Source: Candidatus Saganbacteria bacterium (GTDB taxonomy: Bacteria > Margulisbacteria > WOR-1 > JAKLHX01). Taken from it: a DNA stretch of 32,000 nt. This document shows positions 1 through 7,297 of the stretch, piece by piece; position 1 is the first letter of the stretch, and the number at the start of each line of letters is the position of its first letter. The notes under the pieces were generated by a model. That model did no database searches, had not been told where the DNA came from, and was given only the letters and a program-made list of their open reading frames with translations. The DNA lies in contig JAPLKZ010000011.1 of the NCBI GenBank assembly GCA_026387835.1, forward strand, positions 30,001 through 62,000. The letters run 5' to 3'. The position numbers were made by a program, and so were the translations under genes.

Positions 1-1034
1 AGCTGCCATGCCTGGAGAGCCGCCTGGCCGACCGAGATACAGATATCAGTAGCGATCAGATCCAGATATTGTTTTGTGCTCGAATCGCGGGGTAAACGCT
101 CGATAGCTTTTAATAATGAATCTTTTTTATTATGCTCGAATCCGATGAGCTTGGACCCGATGGTCTCCAATTCTTTCAAAAGCCCGACTTTTTTTGTTTC
201 GTCTTTCTCATTCACCGCAATAAGGAATTTAGCTTTGACGTATTCCCTTGCCATTTCCGACACGGAAATATTGTGCGCCCATTGGTTAAAACTGAAAGCG
301 TAGGCAAATACATTCAACTGCTGTTCTAACGGTTTGTTTTCAACAGTGGCACCAATCAATTCTAATGACTTTTTAAACGCGTCTTCAATTCTATTGAGAC
401 GGGCTTTTATTTGTTCTCTTGTGGTCTTGACTTTTGTGTCATCGAGAGCAAAGGACAGAAGCCGGCTCTCCGCCATGCCGATATTTTTCGAAAGGACCAC
501 TCTTTCGCTATTTTTGGTAAACCATGGAGTGAACTTAATATCGATATTTGATAGCCCCGGGATCTTTTTTAGGTAAGCGAGTAGGTCGCTTAATTTTTCC
601 GACAAAAGCGCCCCATACAGATTTTTTGCGGTCTCGACATTTTTCGCGTCTCCCCGCATAAGGCAGTCGGCAAGAAGTGTGACCGCATTTTTGATCGTAC
701 CGTTTTGGTCATTGTCCTTACTTATATTGCTCTTCAATACCTCAATGCAAATATCTTTGGCTTTTTTTGTGTTTTCTTCTGTCCCCCTCTTTTTTTCTGC
801 TAAAGAGCCCTCTCCTGGCGCTATGTTAAAATGATATCTCGCTGTCGACAATAAAAGACCGTTTCTGTATCTTGGGTTATCTATCAACCCTCGCTCCAAA
901 TCCTTTACGTGCTCTTCTACAGATATTCTTTCTTCACGGGTCAACTCGGGTTCTTTTCGTCCATTTGTCGACGGAGAAAGATATTTCTTGCCGACATCTG
1001 AAGTTTCTTTAATCGCTTTTTGATAATCATCCAT
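1..1034 (-). CDS. Uncharacterised helical (TPR-like) protein, 3' end off the window (partial, about 344 aa visible)
   Basis: Manual translation of the reverse strand from ATG at 1034..1032 (MDDYQKAIKETSDVGKKYLSPSTNGRKEPELTREERISVEEHVKDLERG...) stays open to the window edge; absent from the ORF track because it has no stop in the window. Alanine/leucine-rich amphipathic helices; promoter-like motif upstream. Confidence 0.8.
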   Translation of the reverse strand, partial: MDDYQKAIKETSDVGKKYLSPSTNGRKEPELTREERISVEEHVKDLERGLIDNPRYRNGLLLSTARYHFNIAPGEGSLAEKKRGTEENTKKAKDICIEVLKSNISKDNDQNGTIKNAVTLLADCLMRGDAKNVETAKNLYGALLSEKLSDLLAYLKKIPGLSNIDIKFTPWFTKNSERVVLSKNIGMAESRLLSFALDDTKVKTTREQIKARLNRIEDAFKKSLELIGATVENKPLEQQLNVFAYAFSFNQWAHNISVSEMAREYVKAKFLIAVNEKDETKKVGLLKELETIGSKLIGFEHNKKDSLLKAIERLPRDSSTKQYLDLIATDICISVGQAALQAWQ

Positions 1035-1046
1035 AATAAAAATCCT

Positions 1047-1070
1047 ATTTCACAAACAATTTAGTGAAAT
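1047..1070. repeat. Perfect 7-bp inverted repeat, 10-nt spacer, next to the start of the 5'-most partial ORF
   Basis: ATTTCAC-AAACAATTTA-GTGAAAT on the plus strand. Confidence 0.6.
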
Positions 1071-1122
1071 CCGCATTATAATCAATGGTCATTGGCGTCT
1101 CTTTTCTTTCCCCTCTATATAT

Positions 1123-1150
1123 ATATCGTCCAAAATAGAGCCAAATTTCA
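1123..1150 (-). promoter_or_regulatory. Bipartite promoter-like motif, copy g
   Basis: TGAAATTTGGCTCTATTTTGGACGATAT; TGAAAT-N16-CGATA. Confidence 0.7.
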
Positions 1151-1158
1151 CTTGGCTC
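1138..1158. repeat. Perfect 7-bp inverted repeat, 7-nt loop
   Basis: GAGCCAA-ATTTCAC-TTGGCTC on the plus strand, directly after the stop of the 99-aa ORF and containing the TGAAAT element of copy g. Confidence 0.7.
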
Positions 1159-1456
1159 ATTCTTTGGCCGGGAACGGATCTATAAAATCCTTGCTTTGTT
1201 TCTGCTTTTCAAGATATTCGATCGCAGCCTGCTTAAACTCTGCTACAGATACATTCCGCCCATTATATGACGAGACATAATTATTATCGTCACATTCTTT
1301 TATCGCCGGTATCACATCGGACGTGTCGATTTGCTTCTTTGCGGCTTCGTCAAGTTCCTCGCGGGTGATATTCCCGTCCCTTATTGAATCTATCTTTCTC
1401 AAACGCTCATAAACCTTTTCGATATTCCCCGCGCCGGTCAAAGTCGCTTTTTCCAT
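1157..1456 (-). CDS. Small EF-hand-like protein (99 aa)
   Basis: AAGGAG ribosome-binding site just upstream of ATG; segment DSIRDGNITREE fits the EF-hand loop pattern DxDxDGxIxxxE except at position 3. Confidence 0.7.
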   Translation of the reverse strand: MEKATLTGAGNIEKVYERLRKIDSIRDGNITREELDEAAKKQIDTSDVIPAIKECDDNNYVSSYNGRNVSVAEFKQAAIEYLEKQKQSKDFIDPFPAKE

Positions 1457-1501
1457 GTTCGTTCTCCTTTTCTTTATGAAATTGATTCCGATTAATATGG
1501 A

Positions 1502-4500
1502 TTATTCTTTCTGCCCATATTTATTTAACAACTCTTTGTAAATATCATTTATAGCCCTAATTTCATTAGACCCCCCATCTCGCAAACATTCCCGCATTCG
1601 GGTTTTGGCGCGGCTTTTTATTTCCTCCGATTTGCAATATTTAAAAATTAAGAAACAATCTTTAAATGCTCCGATCTTAAGGCCAAGCTTCTTTTCCTCG
1701 CTGATGTTTTGATCTGAAGATAGCAAAAGCAATATTTCTGCCTGGCATAAACGGGCCTCAAATAAACTTCTGCCTTTTAAGAGGCCCAATTTATTTGGAT
1801 CGTAAATTATATCGAGTAAACTTTTTGCCGTCCGAGCTATTGTTAGTTTTTCATTACGATTGTCTTTGCTATTTGCCGAATAGATGTCATTTTCCGCCAT
1901 AAGAAGGATAAGCCTTGCGGAAATGGGGCCAAGTCCGACATTTGAATGAGACTCAAAAACAGTCCTAATATTGCCTATCGAAGGTGTTCCATCCCCGATA
2001 AGTGCGATTTTTGCCAGACCAGCCGCTTCAATAGCAAGACCAGCTCCTTTTGTCCGCAACGCCGGATCGTTTGTTCCCAATGCTGTTAATGCCGCGATAT
2101 AGGCGCATTCCGCTATCTTTAACTGCAGTTGAAGCTTGTAATAGCCCTTTGAAAGGATGCCGGAAAAATACGGTTCTTTTAAAAGCGCTTCTAATGAGCC
2201 TTTTATATTTAAAAGAGCAGTAATATCTCTTTTGTCAATTGCTTGGCTTGCTTTCACGTCATATGCCACTAGCAAAGCCCTTAAGATGAGATCCCTGTTA
2301 AAGGAATTGTTTTTGATCAGCATAGCTTTTGAAGTATCGATATTATTTGTGTCTATCCCAAATGAATTTGGGATATCTGATATCTCTTTCGGTAGTTCAA
2401 CTTCCTCTGTCAGATCTTTAGCTCTATAGTATTTGGCAAGAAGAGCTTCGGCCTGCAGGACTTTTGCTGTCATAATATCTCTTTCTGAATCTTTTGTTTT
2501 CGTAATACCAGCGACGGCCTTGGCGATATCTATCACATGATCAAAGCTGATAGGGGAGTCTACTTTTTCTTCGTAAGTATCTATTGCCTGGGCAAGGCGG
2601 ACCCGGGCGATTATAACCGCGGCTTTTACCGCAAGGGAAGAGTCGACGTCTTCAATAGCATTTGTAATTAGGGTCTGTTCGTACGCCGCTTTTTCTGTTC
2701 CAAAAGTCCATTCAGGTATGATCTTGCTTATAGCTTCTTGGAGCTGTGTTTCAACCTCGCCGGTATCTTTGTTCTTATTCCGGAGCAGATACCACTGGCG
2801 GAGGGAGGCTTCAACCATCAAAAGGGAAGCAGATTTATTATAGTAAGAGTCTTTTAGATATCCTCTTGCTGTTTGAGCGAGATTAAAAACGTTATTAATG
2901 CTCTCTAACGCATCTTCAAATGTATCGTCGATATTTGACAGTATCGTTTCGGCAAGGATCAGCAAAGCCTTTGCCCTTAAGTCTTTATGTTTAACTTTGC
3001 CAATGGCAGCTGTTATGAGAGCCAAGTCAGCTTTTGTTAATTTATTAAAGTTAAAGACGATCTTTCCGGCCTCAATGCCGGTAAGCGATGAAAGATACTG
3101 CTTCATCTTTGCGGTTTGAGCAGATGTCTGAGCAGATACGCCGTCCGCATTTCCCGAGGTCTTATATGCCTGTCTTAAGGAGCTTGAGACCTCCAGAGCC
3201 AGAAGGTCAGCACTGAGCTTAAAATACTCTCCTTTTATTCCTGATTTGTATATTTCGCTTTCAAGGACCTTTTCTATCAAAGCCCGCGCGTGCTTCAGCT
3301 TTTCGATGTCACTTCCCGCCTCAAGGAGTTTGAAAGTGACAAGATACAGAGCCGCATCGGCGTAGATGTCGCTGTCGTCGTCGGTAAGCTTCTTATTAAG
3401 GGCTTCAAGTTCAGCGTTTTCTTTTTTCTCAGCCTTTGGGTCAACGACTAAAAACCGTTGTATGGCCGGTCCTAACATTGCAAAAAGTTCGCTTGCAAGG
3501 ACAGAACCCCTTTTGCCGGTTTTGTCCGTATATGTGTTGCCCAGAGATTTGAGCACGAAATATTTTTGGAAAAGGCCTTCTATTTTCAGCAACCCCAACA
3601 TTTTTAGATCTCTTTCATTCAACAGGTCAGGCAGTTTCGCGAGTTCATTTTCAAGCAGTGACAGCTCAGACAGTTCTTTTTCAATAGAGCCCAGTTTATT
3701 TTCTTTGTTCATTTCGTGGTTCAGGGAAAGCCCCATCAGGGACAACTGTACCTTGAAGAGAGTAGCACGGAAGGCTGAAGTCATAAGTATCTTCAATTCA
3801 ACCGATACCGGCGCATCGGCTTTTTCTTTTGAAGGCTCTCCGGTCTTTGCCTGCATGGCTTCCCATTCTTTGAGGCATTTAATAAGTTCGGCATTGGCAT
3901 CCCGGGTATCGGCATCAAGCTTATTGTATGCCACGATCAAAGAGGCTTCACCGCACACGACCTTGAAGCGGGCGGTCATATTATTTATATCAGGCGTTTT
4001 ACATTTCCCGGCGATTTCAAGTGCCGGCCCTCTGGCATCCGCCACAACTTTAAAATATCCGTCGGCTTTTTTCCTATAGTCTGCCGCGGTTTTCGCATCC
4101 GATTCTGTTTTTGCCGCTTTGTCATAAATGCTGCCCAGTGCATTTGACGCGAACGCAAGCTCGGTCTGAATGACCACATACAGGCCGGCAACATCATTTA
4201 ACGCGGCCGTGTCTTTATTCGTTTCCAGTGTTTTTATAACATCAGATATGTCCTTTCTGTCATTTCTGTCGGGTTTGTAATAATTGACGGCATGGGCAAG
4301 CGCGGGATCGAGATATTTATTTACAGCGGTATCTATGAGGAGCTTCTTTTCCTCCAGGGTAAACTTGCCGGCCTCATTAGTAAGGCTGATATTGAAAATA
4401 GTTGCGAGTTTCTTTCTGTCATCAGTCGTAAGGGTGTCTTTGGTCGTTGACAGCGAGATGAGGAGATGCCCGATAGCTCTGTAAAGGTTTGTTCTTAACC

Positions 4501-5515
4501 AGGGATTTTTCTTTGAGGCGCCATCAAAAAAACCGACTATTTCCGTGGTTTTTACCTTTGCGGTTAAAAATCCGTTCAAGGTATTCAGTGAATCTACGAT
4601 TTTAACCGGTGGAAGTTTATTGATATCTGCCGATGCCGCTTCAATTTTTTTCATCCCCGCATCCATTATCTCCGATTCAATATATAAAAAAAGATCTGCA
4701 ATCGGGATTTTCCCTGTTATTTCAGATAAAGCTTTCCTTCTTGTCTCATCTTCATCAGACAGAAGCCGGAGTTTTAGGCCATAAATAAGGGTGGCATCAA
4801 CTTGACCGTCCGTCTTAAAATTGGCGCCATAGTATTCAAGCGTGACCAGCTCCGATTTTTTCAAATAGTTTACTGCTTCATCGAAGTATTTTTGTTCTTT
4901 GGTGTGAATGCCCATAAAAACGCACGCTTTTGCCATTTTTCTGTAGATGGAAGATGTGAACCATGGCTCGCACATCCCGGGTTTCACCTTATTGTTGGGC
5001 CTGTTATCGATGATCTCTGTAAGGGGCATGCCGCCCGCCGTCTTCAAACACAATAATTCTTTCATGCTACTATATGCCTCTTCAAATTTCCTCTTTTCTA
5101 TAAGATCGTCGATCTTGGAAAGATACGGGATATTCTTCTCTAATTTTGTTTCTTCGTTTCCTTCAATTTCCAGCCTAACCGCGCCGTAAACAATTTTGTA
5201 TTCATATTGTGTACTGCCCAGTATTTCTTTCATATGCTGATTTATTGTGTATAATAAGATGTTTTTATTCTCGGTAGCATTGGCCGATGTTATGCCAAGC
5301 GCGGCTTTTGTAATTATGTCAAAAGCCCGGTCATCTATATCTGACCTTTCGCAGAATCCTCTCCACCAATCAGGATGTTTTTTAAAATCTTCTGCCGCGC
5401 TCCTGATAGCGCGAACATTCCCTGACGTAACAGCATCGTTAAGTAACGTCCTCAGCCGCGGGAACTCAGGAATATCTAAAAAACTGTTGTATTGCTTATC
5501 ATCTATTATCGGCAT
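1502..5515 (-). CDS. Large alpha-solenoid/TPR-like protein of unknown function (1337 aa)
   Basis: Long ORF, GGAG upstream of ATG, almost entirely predicted helical with recurring segments such as GEYFKLSADLLALEVSSSLRQAY, DSYYNKSASLLMVEASLRQWY and KGYYKLQLQLKIAECAYIAAL. Confidence 0.9.
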   Translation of the reverse strand: MPIIDDKQYNSFLDIPEFPRLRTLLNDAVTSGNVRAIRSAAEDFKKHPDWWRGFCERSDIDDRAFDIITKAALGITSANATENKNILLYTINQHMKEILGSTQYEYKIVYGAVRLEIEGNEETKLEKNIPYLSKIDDLIEKRKFEEAYSSMKELLCLKTAGGMPLTEIIDNRPNNKVKPGMCEPWFTSSIYRKMAKACVFMGIHTKEQKYFDEAVNYLKKSELVTLEYYGANFKTDGQVDATLIYGLKLRLLSDEDETRRKALSEITGKIPIADLFLYIESEIMDAGMKKIEAASADINKLPPVKIVDSLNTLNGFLTAKVKTTEIVGFFDGASKKNPWLRTNLYRAIGHLLISLSTTKDTLTTDDRKKLATIFNISLTNEAGKFTLEEKKLLIDTAVNKYLDPALAHAVNYYKPDRNDRKDISDVIKTLETNKDTAALNDVAGLYVVIQTELAFASNALGSIYDKAAKTESDAKTAADYRKKADGYFKVVADARGPALEIAGKCKTPDINNMTARFKVVCGEASLIVAYNKLDADTRDANAELIKCLKEWEAMQAKTGEPSKEKADAPVSVELKILMTSAFRATLFKVQLSLMGLSLNHEMNKENKLGSIEKELSELSLLENELAKLPDLLNERDLKMLGLLKIEGLFQKYFVLKSLGNTYTDKTGKRGSVLASELFAMLGPAIQRFLVVDPKAEKKENAELEALNKKLTDDDSDIYADAALYLVTFKLLEAGSDIEKLKHARALIEKVLESEIYKSGIKGEYFKLSADLLALEVSSSLRQAYKTSGNADGVSAQTSAQTAKMKQYLSSLTGIEAGKIVFNFNKLTKADLALITAAIGKVKHKDLRAKALLILAETILSNIDDTFEDALESINNVFNLAQTARGYLKDSYYNKSASLLMVEASLRQWYLLRNKNKDTGEVETQLQEAISKIIPEWTFGTEKAAYEQTLITNAIEDVDSSLAVKAAVIIARVRLAQAIDTYEEKVDSPISFDHVIDIAKAVAGITKTKDSERDIMTAKVLQAEALLAKYYRAKDLTEEVELPKEISDIPNSFGIDTNNIDTSKAMLIKNNSFNRDLILRALLVAYDVKASQAIDKRDITALLNIKGSLEALLKEPYFSGILSKGYYKLQLQLKIAECAYIAALTALGTNDPALRTKGAGLAIEAAGLAKIALIGDGTPSIGNIRTVFESHSNVGLGPISARLILLMAENDIYSANSKDNRNEKLTIARTAKSLLDIIYDPNKLGLLKGRSLFEARLCQAEILLLLSSDQNISEEKKLGLKIGAFKDCFLIFKYCKSEEIKSRAKTRMRECLRDGGSNEIRAINDIYKELLNKYGQKE

Positions 5516-5562
5516 ATATTCTGTCTCCAGAAAAAGGGGCCGAGCCTATCCCCTCTATATAT

Positions 5563-5590
5563 ATATCGGTCAAAACCCGGCAGGATTTCA
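5563..5590 (-). promoter_or_regulatory. Bipartite promoter-like motif, copy f2 (proximal)
   Basis: TGAAATCCTGCCGGGTTTTGACCGATAT; TGAAAT-N16-CGATA. Confidence 0.65.
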
Positions 5591-5619
5591 GCCGTATATT
5601 TTCATCATATCTTAATATT

Positions 5620-5647
5620 ACATCGGGTGAATATTATGGGAATTTCA
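5620..5647 (-). promoter_or_regulatory. Bipartite promoter-like motif, copy f (distal)
   Basis: TGAAATTCCCATAATATTCACCCGATGT; TGAAAT-N16-CGATG. Confidence 0.6.
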
Positions 5648-5715
5648 TATAAAATGGCTGTTGCTGATATGGATATGCCCGGGTGTCAGCAAGGCAATTC
5701 ATAAATGATGAATAA

Positions 5716-7296
5716 TTATTTTCCACCCGGATTGAAGGTATAAGTGTCGTAATATAGTTTCATTGTTCCGGCTTTTGACGTAATGCCGGGGGGTGTCAGG
5801 GATGTTTCCATTTCTATTTCGCTGTCTATTGCTTTAATGGTATCCGTTAAGGCGCCTCTAATGCCGGTATCAGGTTTAACCGCAACATTAAAACGAGCTA
5901 ATATTTTATTAAGGCCTTCCAGGTTCCTAAGCTCATCTGCTTTCAGGGAATTATCATCGATCTTTGCAATAATTGCCTTAAGATAGATATTTAGATCTTT
6001 ACGCAGATCAAAAAACAGAGCCCTTTCAAAGTAATTGCGCAAATAAAAGAAGCACACTTCTTCTTGCCTGTACTCAAGTATCAAATTGAACGCCTTATCA
6101 ATATTCTTTAATGCGGAATCGATATTATCCTTGGTTGGATCTTTCATGTCGGCAGACGCCATCGCCATGAAGGCCTGCGCTCTGTAACCGTAAAAGTTGC
6201 TCGGTTTTTGGAGGTCTTTATAAATAAACGGTCGCCTGAACTGGCCGAAAGTATCGAGCTGGCGGTACCAGTCTTTTGAGGCTTTAGAATATTGTTCCCT
6301 GAGTATCGATGCTTCAGGCGAAGTTCCCCTTGTGTCTTCGGCCGCGGTTGAGAATAGAGCTCCTAAATAGAGCATTGTTTTTGCCGCCTCAAATATCTCG
6401 CCGTAATCGGTCCTGTATTCGATGCCCGAGAAATATGAAATATCGCGGTGCGTTTTTGTTTTTTCCGGATCAAGGGCTTCAAGGTGCTTTGGTTTTCTTG
6501 CGGTAGAGCAAAGCTCCATGGACCATTCAAAATAATTTCTGATGGTCTCGATATATTGTTTTTTTCCATCATCATTGGTCATGCCGTCTTTGTTCAGGCC
6601 AGGGACGATCCCTCTTTGAAATTTGAGAAGATGGATCAGCCCGGCTTCATGCGAGGCGCGCATCTTATAGCCGAGATTTGCCCGCCCCTCATCGTCGTTG
6701 ATGATCCTGTTCAGAATGGCCAGCGCGTCTTCGAATTTTTGATGGTCCTCTGCCTCCAAGGCCTGCGCCCTGTAGATCTGAGATTTAAGGAATAAGGCCT
6801 CGTAGTAAAAGTCAGAGTTCAGATATCTGCATTTAATTATCGTTTCGCACTGCTCGATCGCCTTGTCAAAGTCCTTATCAATAAAATAGTTCGTGGCAAG
6901 GTCTATCCTGGCCTTTAATGTGGCGGCTATATCGCGCGATGCGGTGTTAAGCGACTTTTTTAGGACAGATTCTTGTTGCTTTATAAGGAACTTCATTCCG
7001 GAGGTGCCGGACTGCGTTCCGGTAAAAACAAGGATCCTCGGGATAATGCACCCGCATTTCTTGACCCATGTTTCCCTGTCAGCGGCGCCAAGGTCTTCCG
7101 CGTCAAAGAGTACCGTGCTGCCGACGGTCACCTGCATCCTTCTATTGTCTTGCCTGAGGCCGGGCAATGTTTTGTCCGTGACAGCCCTGTCCAGTTTTGA
7201 GGCGATATTTATGGCGCGCTCAACGGATGACGTTTCGATCATGACAGAACCTTTATACGTCACATTATTATTAGTGATAGATATTTCATCGCTCAT
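5716..7296 (-). CDS. Uncharacterised protein with TPR-like region (526 aa)
   Basis: Long ORF; TPR-like helical pairs (ARIDLATNYFIDKDFDKAIEQCETII...YYEALFLKSQIYRAQALEAEDHQKFEDALAILNRII); 1 nt from the upstream gene stop. Confidence 0.9.
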   Translation of the reverse strand: MSDEISITNNNVTYKGSVMIETSSVERAINIASKLDRAVTDKTLPGLRQDNRRMQVTVGSTVLFDAEDLGAADRETWVKKCGCIIPRILVFTGTQSGTSGMKFLIKQQESVLKKSLNTASRDIAATLKARIDLATNYFIDKDFDKAIEQCETIIKCRYLNSDFYYEALFLKSQIYRAQALEAEDHQKFEDALAILNRIINDDEGRANLGYKMRASHEAGLIHLLKFQRGIVPGLNKDGMTNDDGKKQYIETIRNYFEWSMELCSTARKPKHLEALDPEKTKTHRDISYFSGIEYRTDYGEIFEAAKTMLYLGALFSTAAEDTRGTSPEASILREQYSKASKDWYRQLDTFGQFRRPFIYKDLQKPSNFYGYRAQAFMAMASADMKDPTKDNIDSALKNIDKAFNLILEYRQEEVCFFYLRNYFERALFFDLRKDLNIYLKAIIAKIDDNSLKADELRNLEGLNKILARFNVAVKPDTGIRGALTDTIKAIDSEIEMETSLTPPGITSKAGTMKLYYDTYTFNPGGK

Positions 7297-7297
7297 A

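Noticed and set aside
1111-1128. TATATATATA tract considered as a simple AT repeat or ordinary sigma-70 -10 box.
   Set aside because: Other copies of the motif lack the long TA run but keep TGAAAT-N16-CGATA, so the element is better defined by the bipartite spacing.
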